The position numbers were made by a program, and so were the translations under genes. 32,000 bases of DNA from Megasphaera elsdenii DSM 20460. GTDB lineage: Bacteria; Bacillota; Negativicutes; Veillonellales; Megasphaeraceae. The notes beneath the pieces were generated by a model. The model did not search any database and was not told where the DNA came from. It saw only the letters and a program-made list of their open reading frames with translations. The DNA lies in assembly GCF_003010495.1 (NCBI RefSeq), contig NZ_CP027570.1:600001-632000 (forward strand), given 5' to 3'. Below are positions 1-9,034 of this stretch, in pieces (the first letter of the stretch is position 1; each line of letters starts with the position of its first letter).

Positions 1-594
1 GCCGAGTTCCACTTCTTCCCGTTCTACGGCATAGCCCCGGCGGCGGATTTTTTCCAGTTCCTGGAGCAAATCGCCCCAGTCGGTCACGGTATACTCAGTA
101 AACTTCTGTAGCGTACATCCCGTGTAGGTGTGCAGGTATTCCGGTGAAAAAGCGAGCAGGCACTTGCCCGACGCCGAACAATACGCCGGACGGACGGCAC
201 CGACAGGTGGTGCCGTATCAATCGTCCTGGGCGACTTTATCTTTTCTAAAATGATGTGCTGCGGATAAGGCGCTCCGTTATGGGCAAACGTCGTGATGTG
301 GACGCCTTCGTTGCATTGCAGGGACAAGGCCTTGGCATAGGGATAGGCGACTTTGGGGAATTTATCCTTTTCCCGGAACAGCATCCCCAGGGCATAGACC
401 TGGAGCCCCAGCCAGTATTTCCCCGTTTCGTTGTCTTTTTGGACGAATCCGCGCCGTTCCAGCGTATCCATAGTACGGCTGACCGTACTCTTATGAAGTT
501 CCATCATCTTGCTGATACTGGTCACACTGAGGGGCCTTTCTTCTTTTAAAAAGAGCTGTAAAACGGCCAGGGCCCGGTCAATCGATTCAATCAT
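1..594 (-). CDS. IclR-family transcriptional regulator, C-terminus cut by window edge
   Basis: Absent from the ORF track (no stop in window). My reverse-strand translation from the ATG at 594-592 stays open for all 198 codons: MIESIDRALAVLQLFLKEERPLSVTSISKMMELHKSTVSRTMDTLERRGFVQKDNETGKYWLGLQVYALG...LQELEKIRRRGYAVEREEVELG. This is a winged HTH plus the start of an IclR effector domain. G-rich SD-like GGGGGAACGAGG lies immediately upstream. Confidence 0.8.
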   Translation of the reverse strand, partial: MIESIDRALAVLQLFLKEERPLSVTSISKMMELHKSTVSRTMDTLERRGFVQKDNETGKYWLGLQVYALGMLFREKDKFPKVAYPYAKALSLQCNEGVHITTFAHNGAPYPQHIILEKIKSPRTIDTAPPVGAVRPAYCSASGKCLLAFSPEYLHTYTGCTLQKFTEYTVTDWGDLLQELEKIRRRGYAVEREEVELG

Positions 595-644
595 CCTCGT
601 TCCCCCGATCCGGCATCTTCACGACGCCAAGAAATAATATACTT

Positions 645-672
645 ATTATAGGGAATACTCCTATAATGTCAA
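645..672 (-). promoter_or_regulatory. Promoter of the IclR gene with embedded palindromic operator candidate
   Basis: Minus strand reads TTGACA (672-667), 16-nt spacer, TATAAT (650-645). Inverted repeat TATAGG-N7-CCTATA (647-665) spans most of the spacer and overlaps the upstream end of the -10 hexamer. Confidence 0.5.
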
Positions 673-703
673 GAGGGAAGGCCAGGCAGTCTCCTGAAAC
701 CCA

Positions 704-1756
704 TCAATGGCAGGCCTCCCGGGAAGCCTGGCTATGGTCGTACAGGCACTGTGACAGCTTGCGGATCAACGCTTCACATTCCAAATGGCCGCGCCAGCTC
801 TTCGGAATGGCCTGGACTCCATCCTGAGCGCCCATGATATTCCCGCAGATGGCGCCGCACGTATCGCTGTCACCATCCTGATTGCAGGCCATGAGGACAG
901 CATCTTTCAGATGCCCCGTCTTGAGGACGCAGTACACGGACAGGGCCAAGGCTTCATCGCCTTTCTTGCCCAGTCCCAGCTTCTTCATGGAGTGAACCGG
1001 GTTGCGGTCGGTCACGGCTTCGTCAACAGCCCGCAGGATGGTCTTCATGAGCGGCGTCCCTTCCGGGTCCCCCTGTAAGATGCGCAAGGCGCCTCCCAGG
1101 GCCGTGCTGATATCCTTTCCTGCCGCCAGGAAAGCGATCATGGCACCCAGTGTCGCCGTCGGCAAATACGCTTCCGGACCGCCGTGGGTCAGGCTGGCAG
1201 CCTGGCAGCCGACGGCAAAGGCCTTTTCCGGGTCACCGGCGTAAAACAAGCCAATGGGCGCCGCCCGCATGACCGTGCTGCTGCCACAGCTGTGGTTCAT
1301 CGGTTCCTGACGGGACAACTTTTTCCCTGAGGCCAGGGATGTCAGGCAGGTCTTTCCCGGCGAGCGGCGGGCAAAGAGTTCTTCTTCTCCCATGATGTCG
1401 TAGTCGCAATCGACTTCATGGGGCTGGCGCTTCATCCATTTTTCCTGTTCCGGATGAATGATGCGTTCTGTCTGCGTATAGTACCAGCGCATGTACGACC
1501 GATACAGTCCATCTGAAGGTTCCAGTCCGTCGTGGTCAGCCCACAGCATGCCGTCAGCCGTGAACAAAGCCAGCTGCGTATCGTCCGAAATCAGGCTCTT
1601 ATTGCCATTTTTAGCCGATTTTAAAACAGTACGCAATCCATAAGGACCATATTTCTTATGAATCGTCTTCAAATCATCACATTCAATGACGAAACCCAAA
1701 GCGTCACCTACAGCGCCACCAAACATGCAACCCATAAACCGATCTAGCCCATCCAT
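704..1756 (-). CDS. ADP-ribosylglycohydrolase family protein (DraG/ARH-like)
   Basis: Track ORF 704..1822. Start moved to ATG 1756-1754 (MDGLDRFMGCMFGGAVGDALG...), 7 nt after AGGAGGA. N-terminal GGAVGDALG and C-terminal NQDGDSDTCGAICGNIMGA motifs are typical of the ARH fold. Confidence 0.85.
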   Translation of the reverse strand: MDGLDRFMGCMFGGAVGDALGFVIECDDLKTIHKKYGPYGLRTVLKSAKNGNKSLISDDTQLALFTADGMLWADHDGLEPSDGLYRSYMRWYYTQTERIIHPEQEKWMKRQPHEVDCDYDIMGEEELFARRSPGKTCLTSLASGKKLSRQEPMNHSCGSSTVMRAAPIGLFYAGDPEKAFAVGCQAASLTHGGPEAYLPTATLGAMIAFLAAGKDISTALGGALRILQGDPEGTPLMKTILRAVDEAVTDRNPVHSMKKLGLGKKGDEALALSVYCVLKTGHLKDAVLMACNQDGDSDTCGAICGNIMGAQDGVQAIPKSWRGHLECEALIRKLSQCLYDHSQASREACH

Positions 1757-1851
1757 GTAGCATCCTCCTATCCGTAATCCTGCTTTTCTTTTTCTCGAAA
1801 AAAATTTTACATTTTCGTTCAAGTAGTATATAATAAAAAGTTTATATATCC

Positions 1852-1880
1852 ATTATACAGGTTGCGATAGGAATTTGCAA
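1852..1880 (-). promoter_or_regulatory. Promoter for the ADP-ribosylglycohydrolase gene
   Basis: Minus strand reads TTGCAA (1880-1875), 17-nt spacer, TATAAT (1857-1852). It sits about 95 nt upstream of the start codon. Confidence 0.5.
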
Positions 1881-1882
1881 AT

Positions 1883-1914
1883 AAAAAAAACGGGCCGCCC
1901 TTTGGGACGGCCCC
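1883..1914 (-). terminator. Intrinsic terminator of the aminotransferase gene (REP-like hairpin with GTAG head)
   Basis: Minus strand reads CGTAG-GGGCCGTCCC-AAA-GGGCGGCCCG followed by TTTTTTTT, 16 nt after the stop at 1931. The hairpin belongs to the same family as those in the 21691-21966 repeat. Confidence 0.75.
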
Positions 1915-1930
1915 TACGAACTACTAACAT

Positions 1931-3199
1931 TTATTTTCCGGCTACGAGGAGATCGGTCTTTCCTTCTACGCGGTCCATGGCTTTCTTTACGATAGCGGCC
2001 AGGCCTTGCATCTTGATTTCCGGGATGGAGCAGACGCCGAGGCGGACGCCCTGAGCCAGGGGGCCGGCAAAGACCAGGTCGTCTTCCAGGGCCTGGCAGA
2101 CGGCAGCTGATTTCTGGGTCGGGATGGAAATGAAGAAGCCCCCTTTATAAGGCACATAAGAGAGACCGCAACGGTCGGCTTCATATGTAAAGATATCGGC
2201 ACGGCGGAGCAGGCTCTTGGCGAAGGCCAGGCGTTCCAGATCGAGCTGGGCCATGAGGTCGCGGTCGCTGCGTATCCGGGTCAGGAGCGTCATGGCTGCG
2301 CGGTTGATGTTCGACCAGGCCGTGCGGGCGGAATATTTGCCCAGATTGGCAAATTCTTCGATGACAGCTTGGCTCGACGACAAGCCGACGAGGGCCCCAG
2401 CGCGCTGGCCGTACATCGTATAGCCTTTGGACATGCTGAAAGCAAACATGGTAAAGATATGTTCCGGAAGGCCTGCGAACTGGGTCATGAACGAGCGGAC
2501 GCGGTTCTTTTCGCCGGCATAGGCAATATAGGCGATATCGACGAGGATACTGATGCGCTTGCCGTTCTTTTCATGAAGGCGGCAGACTTCGAGGACATCG
2601 GCCCATTCTGCATCGGACAGAGCAAAGCCCGTTGGGTTGTTGGCCGGCGTATTGAGGATGATGAGCAGCGAATCCTGGCGGTGCAGGATATGGGAAACAG
2701 CTGCCGAGAACGCGGCCGTATTGAAATGGCCCTGGTCATCCATCATCGAGAACGTATGCAGATCGCGGCCGATTTCCTGGCACAGGCAGTCATAGATGTT
2801 CCAGCGCCAGTCCGTCGTCAAGACGGCATCGCCGACTTCCGAATAGTTGGCAATGGCAATGTGGATGGCACCGGTGCCGCCTGACGTAGCTACGGCATCG
2901 ACATAGCCGTCGGGCCGACAGCCTTCAAAGGTTTCATCGATGACGGCTTTCCGGTAGCCTTCCAGCCCCATGGGCGGCGCATAAGTGATGAAATCGCTCA
3001 TCGGCAAAGAGCGGTATAACTGTTCGACGACAGGCAGACAAGCCAGTTTTTCATCTTCACCGGCATAACAGCCAACAGTCGCGTTGATAACTTTCTCTTC
3101 TCCATACCGCGCTGCCGCCTCCCGGGCTGCCGCTCCAGCGGCGAATACCACGTCACGTAAAGTCTTGCCTTCTCGGCTCGATGCTGCCATAATCGTCAT
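1931..3199 (-). CDS. PLP-dependent class-I aminotransferase (aspartate/aromatic, AspC/TyrB-like)
   Basis: Track ORF 1931..3256. Start set at ATG 3199-3197 (MTIMAASSREGK...) after GAGAGGGG. Family motifs present: NTPANNPTG and SMSKGYTMYGQRAG (PLP-lysine S-x-S-K). Confidence 0.85.
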   Translation of the reverse strand: MTIMAASSREGKTLRDVVFAAGAAAREAAARYGEEKVINATVGCYAGEDEKLACLPVVEQLYRSLPMSDFITYAPPMGLEGYRKAVIDETFEGCRPDGYVDAVATSGGTGAIHIAIANYSEVGDAVLTTDWRWNIYDCLCQEIGRDLHTFSMMDDQGHFNTAAFSAAVSHILHRQDSLLIILNTPANNPTGFALSDAEWADVLEVCRLHEKNGKRISILVDIAYIAYAGEKNRVRSFMTQFAGLPEHIFTMFAFSMSKGYTMYGQRAGALVGLSSSQAVIEEFANLGKYSARTAWSNINRAAMTLLTRIRSDRDLMAQLDLERLAFAKSLLRRADIFTYEADRCGLSYVPYKGGFFISIPTQKSAAVCQALEDDLVFAGPLAQGVRLGVCSIPEIKMQGLAAIVKKAMDRVEGKTDLLVAGK

Positions 3200-3354
3200 A
3201 ATGAAAAACCCCTCTCTGCATGTAGTGTTTACTCCGTGGACACTTGTTCTCCCCAAATGTCCTGACGTCCTACATTATAGCACTATGAAAAGAGTTTTTA
3301 TATAGCGAAAAGCATAAAATACTGTATACACAAAAAGTATCTTGTATACAAAAT

Positions 3355-4077
3355 TCAGTGTCCATGATTTTCCTGTCCCTGACTACCGTCATCGACATGG
3401 AACGTCGCCTGTTTGATGCCCTTCATCGCCAGGAGCTGACTGATGATTTCCGTCTCATCCATGTGATGGGCCGCCTTCAATTCGATGTCGATATCTGCCA
3501 AAGGCGCGTCATCATCATTATGCGAATGGAACGTTTTGATATGCATATGATGATCGTGGATGAACGTCGATAATTTCCGGGCCTGGCCGATATTGTTCTT
3601 CATGACTAGGTGCATGACATACTTCTTGTGGAAGCGCCCTTCCAGGCGGGCATCGAGGCGGACGAAGACCGTCAGGACCAGGAAAATCAGGGCCGTCGCC
3701 ACACAGGCAATGGTGAGATAGCCTGCACCGACGACGAGGCCGATGGCCGAAACAGCCCAGAGGCCGGCAGCCGTCGTCAAGCCGCGGACGCTGCGGTCCT
3801 TCTGATTGGCCAGGATCGTACCGGCACCGATGAAACCGACACCGGATACGACTTGGGCCGCAATCCGTTCGGGGTCGGAATTGTTGTAGCCGAAGGTGAA
3901 ATAGTAATCCATGGCGATGTTGATGGATATAATCATACACAAGCAGGAACCGACGCAGACCAGGGTATGCGTCCGAAGGCCGGCAGACTTGCTTTGGGCC
4001 TGCCGTTCATAACCGATGAGTCCGCCCAGGATAAGGGCTATAATCAGGCGGATGATGCTGTCTTCCGTAGAAATCAT
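3355..4077 (-). CDS. MgtC/SapB family membrane protein
   Basis: Track ORF 3355..4098 starts at a TTG. I prefer ATG 4077-4075 (MISTEDSIIRLIIALILGGLIGYERQ...), the canonical MgtC N-terminus. It has 4-5 TM helices followed by a soluble C-terminal domain. Confidence 0.8.
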   Translation of the reverse strand: MISTEDSIIRLIIALILGGLIGYERQAQSKSAGLRTHTLVCVGSCLCMIISINIAMDYYFTFGYNNSDPERIAAQVVSGVGFIGAGTILANQKDRSVRGLTTAAGLWAVSAIGLVVGAGYLTIACVATALIFLVLTVFVRLDARLEGRFHKKYVMHLVMKNNIGQARKLSTFIHDHHMHIKTFHSHNDDDAPLADIDIELKAAHHMDETEIISQLLAMKGIKQATFHVDDGSQGQENHGH

Positions 4078-4105
4078 AATAGGCTCAACTTCTTTCAAAA
4101 TATTT

Positions 4106-4133
4106 TTTACATCCGTTAAGAAAACGTTATAAT
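4106..4133 (+). promoter_or_regulatory. Promoter for the AT3-like membrane protein gene
   Basis: TTTACA (4106-4111), 16-nt spacer, TATAAT (4128-4133), in an AT-rich divergent intergenic region. Confidence 0.45.
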
Positions 4134-4207
4134 GATATTATAGTATAGAGAGGAAGGAAAGAACAAGCAAAATGTTTTCTCCGCCTCAAAGAAAGAAGGT
4201 CATTCCC

Positions 4208-5158
4208 ATGAACCGCTTCATTTATTTCGATAATCTGCGCAGTGCCGCCGTCGTATTGACGCTGGCCGCGTTATTGCTTCAGCCTTGGCACGCTTTCTAT
4301 GAGGAAAGTGCGGTCATCGCCATTTCCATCGTCTTTTTCATCAGTGCCTACTTCGGAGCCTCGGCCCTGCGCATCCGCACGATATCCTTCTTCCTCAAGA
4401 ATAAAGGGAAACGCCTGGGCTGGCCGGGCCTGGTCCTGCTGCTCCTGGGCATGGAGGAACAACTGGTGACTGCCAGCCTGCCGGTCACGTCATGGGTCCT
4501 GCCCTGGCTCTTCCTGCTCTTTGCCGGATTAGCCCTGGTCAAACAGCTCAACCATAACATCTTGCAGCATCGCATCGCCTCGAAGCCCTCCGTCCCGTTC
4601 CTGCTGGCTTTCATCGTCATCCTGGCAGCGGCCCTCTTCTTCTGCCAGGCCTGCCTGCCCCAGTCCCTGGCTATCCCCTATATCGCCCAAGTCCGTCCGG
4701 ACTGGCTGGTCCTGTCTTTCTTCTCCTTTGGCTTAGGCGTCTATGCCTTCCGCCATCGCTGGTTCACGCCGTCCGGCTATCAGCCCAAGGGCAACGGGCT
4801 CCTGGGCTTTGCCATCATGGTCGGCGTCTACGCGGCCTGGATGCCCGGCAAAGGCGCGACGATCCTGACGGCGCTGACACCGACGTTATTGCTCATCGCT
4901 TCTGTCCTGGGCCTGTCGGCCTGCTTCCGCCAGCAGTTCAACGCGCATACGGCCTGGTCCCACACGCTGCACCGCATTTCCTACGGCCTGTTCTTCGTCA
5001 GCGAACCGATCATCATCCATTCGATGTGGTTCTTACAGCCTCTGGCCGTCGCCCTATGGCTGAAAATCGTCATTACGGCCCTCGTCCTGGCGATTTATGG
5101 CTACCTGCTCTGCCGCTATGCCCTGCTCCACATCCCATGCTTTAAAAGCAAGGGATAA
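4208..5158 (+). CDS. Polytopic membrane protein, acyltransferase-3 (OafA/OpgC)-like
   Basis: Track ORF 4172..5158. Start at ATG 4208 after AGAAAGAAGG. About 9-10 hydrophobic helices. N-terminal YFDNLRSAAV and C-terminal ISYGLFFVSEPIII resemble AT3 family signatures. The family assignment is tentative. Confidence 0.45.
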   Translation: MNRFIYFDNLRSAAVVLTLAALLLQPWHAFYEESAVIAISIVFFISAYFGASALRIRTISFFLKNKGKRLGWPGLVLLLLGMEEQLVTASLPVTSWVLPWLFLLFAGLALVKQLNHNILQHRIASKPSVPFLLAFIVILAAALFFCQACLPQSLAIPYIAQVRPDWLVLSFFSFGLGVYAFRHRWFTPSGYQPKGNGLLGFAIMVGVYAAWMPGKGATILTALTPTLLLIASVLGLSACFRQQFNAHTAWSHTLHRISYGLFFVSEPIIIHSMWFLQPLAVALWLKIVITALVLAIYGYLLCRYALLHIPCFKSKG

Positions 5159-5247
5159 TGGTCCGAAATACTAGCCCCGGCAAGCCATCTGTGCTATGAT
5201 AGATAGCAAGTTTGTTTCTTTACATTATGGATAAGGAGTGTGCCTAC

Positions 5248-5841
5248 TTGGATACATTATTACAACTCATGGAATCGTATGGCTATATCGCTATGTTCGT
5301 GGCTATGGCATTGGAAAATGCCAATATCCCCATTCCCAGCGAAGTCGTACTCGGGTTCGCCGGTTTCCTCATTTCCCAGCAGATTTTTTCATTCTGGACG
5401 ACCTTTGCCGTAGCCTGCATCGCCGGTGTCGTCGGCTCGATCATCAGCTACTGGCTCGGCTCTTACGGTGGCCGGCCGTTACTGTTAAAGTATGGCAAAT
5501 ACATCTTCTTCAATGAACGCAAATTCCGCATGGCCGAAGACCTGTTCAACAAGTACGGCGGCATCGCCGTCATTATCTGCCGCTGCCTGCCCGGCGTGCG
5601 CACGTTCATTTCCTTCCCGGCCGGCGTAGCCCGCTATCCTTTCTGGCGCTTCGTCATTTTCACCATCATCGGTACCATCCCCTGGACGCTGCTCCTCGTA
5701 TGGGCCGGCTCTCTCTTGGGCAGCCATTGGCGCGACCTCATCCAGTACAACCACATCTTCCTCATGGCCGTCGCTGCCCTCTGTGTCGTCGCCGCCGTCG
5801 TATTCGTATGGCATAAACGCCGCCGGAGAAATGTAGCATGA
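5248..5841 (+). CDS. DedA family (SNARE-associated/VTT domain) membrane protein
   Basis: Track ORF 5212..5841. AAGGAG (5233-5238) lies 9 nt before TTG 5248. The alternative ATG 5227 has no SD. Sequence ...LMESYGYIAMFVAMALENANIPIPSEVVLGFAGFL... is a classic DedA core. The stop overlaps the next gene's start (ATGA at 5838-5841). Confidence 0.85.
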   Translation: MDTLLQLMESYGYIAMFVAMALENANIPIPSEVVLGFAGFLISQQIFSFWTTFAVACIAGVVGSIISYWLGSYGGRPLLLKYGKYIFFNERKFRMAEDLFNKYGGIAVIICRCLPGVRTFISFPAGVARYPFWRFVIFTIIGTIPWTLLLVWAGSLLGSHWRDLIQYNHIFLMAVAALCVVAAVVFVWHKRRRRNVA

Positions 5842-7397
5842 AACAATGGTTCTTAAAAAATCGGTACGGCTTGACCGTCGCCTTAGTGGCAGCAATCATC
5901 TTGCTGCCATTTTTAGGTGCTGCGCCCCTCATGGACCCGGACGAACCGGTCTACGGCGAAACGGCGCGGGAAATGCTGTTGGCCGGGGATTGGCTGTCGC
6001 CGCGCATTTTCGGCCAATATTGGTACGATAAACCACCACTCTTCTACTGGCTTGAAATGCTGTCATACAGCTTCTTCGGCATTTCCGACATCTCGTCCCG
6101 CCTGCCCAGCGTCATCATGGCCCTGGCCACGACACTGTACGTCTATGTCCAGGGGAAAGAATTATTCAATAAACCCATCGCCTTCCTCTCAGCCCTGCTC
6201 CTGGTGACCAGTGCGGGCTTCATGTATATCGGCAAGGCCGCCGTCACCGACATGACCCTCATGTTCACCCTGACGGTGACGATGATTTCCTTTTACCGTA
6301 AAAAGTATTATATAGCCTATATTTTCTGCGGCCTGTCACTCCTGGCCAAAGGCCCCGTCGGCTATGCCTTCCCGGCCCTGATCATGCTCATCTACCTGGC
6401 CTGGACACGGCAGTGGACGCTCATGAAACACATGAAGATCCCCCAGGGCATCCTGCTGGCTTTTGCCGTCGGCCTGCCCTGGTACTTCCTGATGTATAAG
6501 GTCCACGGCGAAGTCTTCCTGGACACCTTCATCGGCTATCACAACATCACCCGCTTCGCCGCGCCGGAACATCCGGGCCAGAACAGTATTTTCTTCTTCA
6601 TCCCCATCCTCTTCGCCGCTATGATGCCCTGGACAGCGGCCTTGTTCCCGACGCTCTGGCGACTGTTCAAAAAACGGGACCCCTTCCGGGATACGCTGCA
6701 GTACTGCCTGGTCTGGGCCGCGTTCATCTTCCTCTTCTTCTCCTTCTCCAAGACCCAGCTGGTCACGTACATTGCCCCCATGTTTCCGCCGACGGCTTAC
6801 CTGCTGGGCTGGTACGGCTACCGCTGCTATATCGAACGAAAATTCTCACGGCCCCTGCTCCTGACCTTATATCTCCTGGGGCTGGCCGTCCTAGCCTGTA
6901 ATGCCATCCCCCTCCACGAGGAAGCGTCCTTTTTCCGTCCGGCCATCCTCTGGGGTTCCTGCCTGCTGGCAGCGGCCTTGTTCCTGCCGGCGGTCTGCTT
7001 ATGGCGCCATTATTATCGGGCCGCTTTCATCGCCGGCATCGTGACCATGACCGCTTTCTCCTGGGCCGTTTTCGGCTTCATCATTCCCCAGTTCAAAGAC
7101 CATGTCACCTCCTATGACACGGCCCAGATCCTGCCGGACGTCTACGACGGCCATTCCATGCTCTATATCGAAAAGTTCCTGCGCCCGGGTATCTCCTATT
7201 ACAGCGGTATGTACGGGCGCGAGTGGGACCCCGTCAAGGACCCGGACCTGGAAGCCTTATTACAGACAAAGGATAAGATTTTCCTCATCATGTCGAAATC
7301 GACGTTCCACAAACTGGCCAAGTCCCAACACTTGATCGACCGCTTCGGTATCGCCGCCGAAACGCCGACGCAGGTCATCCTCATCAATCATCCCTAG
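5838..7397 (+). CDS. ArnT/PMT-like GT-C glycosyltransferase (PMT_2 type), copy 1
   Basis: 519 aa, more than 10 TM helices. N-terminal loop DPDEPVYGETAREMLLAGDWLSPRIFGQYWYDKPPLFYWL closely parallels the ArnT catalytic loop (DExxYxExxREM...W...KP). Translationally coupled to the DedA gene. Confidence 0.85.
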   Translation: MKQWFLKNRYGLTVALVAAIILLPFLGAAPLMDPDEPVYGETAREMLLAGDWLSPRIFGQYWYDKPPLFYWLEMLSYSFFGISDISSRLPSVIMALATTLYVYVQGKELFNKPIAFLSALLLVTSAGFMYIGKAAVTDMTLMFTLTVTMISFYRKKYYIAYIFCGLSLLAKGPVGYAFPALIMLIYLAWTRQWTLMKHMKIPQGILLAFAVGLPWYFLMYKVHGEVFLDTFIGYHNITRFAAPEHPGQNSIFFFIPILFAAMMPWTAALFPTLWRLFKKRDPFRDTLQYCLVWAAFIFLFFSFSKTQLVTYIAPMFPPTAYLLGWYGYRCYIERKFSRPLLLTLYLLGLAVLACNAIPLHEEASFFRPAILWGSCLLAAALFLPAVCLWRHYYRAAFIAGIVTMTAFSWAVFGFIIPQFKDHVTSYDTAQILPDVYDGHSMLYIEKFLRPGISYYSGMYGREWDPVKDPDLEALLQTKDKIFLIMSKSTFHKLAKSQHLIDRFGIAAETPTQVILINHP

Positions 7398-7407
7398 GAG
7401 GTATCCC

Positions 7408-9018
7408 ATGAAACAGCGCACCTTCCTGGCCGTCATCTTCATGGCGGCTTTCCTCTTCCTGGCCGCCGGCATCTCCCAGCTGGCCGTCACCGACCCGGTC
7501 GAATCGAATTACGCCCTGACGGCTTTAGAAATGGTCCGCAGCGGCGACTGGCTCTCTCCGCAGATTTACGGCACCTACTGGTATGATAAGCCCATTTTCC
7601 TGTACTGGCTCCTGAGCCTGTCCTACAGTCTTTTAGGTACGACCGACCTGGCTGCCCGCCTGCCGGCCGTCCTCTTCGGCGCAGCTTCATGCACCCTGGC
7701 GGCCTGGTTCGCCCTGCGCCAGACAGGACGCCGCCTGACAGCCATCCTCTTCGCCGCCATGACAGGCACGTCCCTCATCGGCTGGTTCATCAGCCGTTCT
7801 GTCATCACCGATCAGCCCTTGTATTTCTTCAGTGGCGCTACCTTGTTCTTCGCCTACATCGGCCTGACCGAAGGAAAGAAAAGCTACGTCACGGCAGCTT
7901 ATGTCATGGCAGCCGGCGCCGTCCTGACCAAAGGCCCGGTCGGCCTGGTCCTGCCCGGCCTGTTCCTGCTGCTCTTTATCGCCATCCAGCGCCGGTCCGA
8001 TTATCTTAAAAGACTTTTCCCGCCAGTCGGCATCGTCCTCTTTCTCCTCCTCTGCCTGAGCTGGTACGGTCCCATGTACAACCGCCATGGCATGGACTTC
8101 ATCGACGGCCTGCTGGGCTTCAACAACGTCGTCCGGGCCACCGTATCGGAACATCCCGAATACGATGTCTGGTATTATTATATCGTCCTCGTCCCGGTCA
8201 GCCTCCTGCCATGGACCGGTCCCTGCCTGTACGGCCTGTGGCGGCGGCGCAGCCATCACGATGAATACGTCTTCATGGCACTCTGGGCCTTGGGGACGAT
8301 TTTGTTCTACAGCCTCATGGCGACGAAATACCCGACATACGCGTACATCGCCAACTGGCCCCTCTTATATCTCGGCGCCTGCACGATGCAGGACTGGCTC
8401 GACGAAGACGCCCGCTATGCCTGGCTGGCAGCCCTCATCCCGGCTTCCCTTTACGGCCTGCTCTTCGCTTCGCTGACGGCCTTTACGGGAAAAACTCCTT
8501 TTCCGGTCCCGAGCCTGCTCTTGTTGACTGTCTTCCTGATCATCATGGCCATCCTGACCTGGCTGGCCTGGTGGCAGAAAGCTTATCTGGCCCTGCCCTT
8601 TTTCCTCGTCACGGCGACAGCCGTCACTTACCTCATCGTGACCTTCCAGGTCTTGGTGCCCTTCTATCAGTACCGGTCGGCCCAGACCTTGACGAGCCTG
8701 GCCAATCAGGGCCCGGTCTATTTCTTTGAAGAATACCGCACGTCCTATCCCTATTATACGGGACAGCCGGCATACTGGACGGCACCGGCGGACTACGATG
8801 AAAGCGCCCGGCTCCAGCGCGATGCCGTCTGGGCCAAGAAACACGTCTACCCGACAGAGGCAGAAGCTCAGGTCTTGACCAGACTGACCCAGCATCAGTC
8901 CCTGACGATCGTCGTCCCGGAAGGGAAATATAAGGATTATAAAGCCTCGAAATTTTTCAATCTGACCCATGAAACCGGCCAATCCGGCCCATACCACGTT
9001 TTCAAGCCCATTCCTTAG
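7408..9018 (+). CDS. ArnT/PMT-like GT-C glycosyltransferase (PMT_2 type), copy 2
   Basis: 536 aa. AGGAGG lies 6 nt upstream of the start, which is 10 nt after the copy-1 stop. The loop DPVESNYALTALEMVRSGDWLSPQIYGTYWYDKPIFLYWL is paralogous to copy 1. Confidence 0.85.
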   Translation: MKQRTFLAVIFMAAFLFLAAGISQLAVTDPVESNYALTALEMVRSGDWLSPQIYGTYWYDKPIFLYWLLSLSYSLLGTTDLAARLPAVLFGAASCTLAAWFALRQTGRRLTAILFAAMTGTSLIGWFISRSVITDQPLYFFSGATLFFAYIGLTEGKKSYVTAAYVMAAGAVLTKGPVGLVLPGLFLLLFIAIQRRSDYLKRLFPPVGIVLFLLLCLSWYGPMYNRHGMDFIDGLLGFNNVVRATVSEHPEYDVWYYYIVLVPVSLLPWTGPCLYGLWRRRSHHDEYVFMALWALGTILFYSLMATKYPTYAYIANWPLLYLGACTMQDWLDEDARYAWLAALIPASLYGLLFASLTAFTGKTPFPVPSLLLLTVFLIIMAILTWLAWWQKAYLALPFFLVTATAVTYLIVTFQVLVPFYQYRSAQTLTSLANQGPVYFFEEYRTSYPYYTGQPAYWTAPADYDESARLQRDAVWAKKHVYPTEAEAQVLTRLTQHQSLTIVVPEGKYKDYKASKFFNLTHETGQSGPYHVFKPIP

Positions 9019-9034
9019 GACAGGAGGATTTCCC

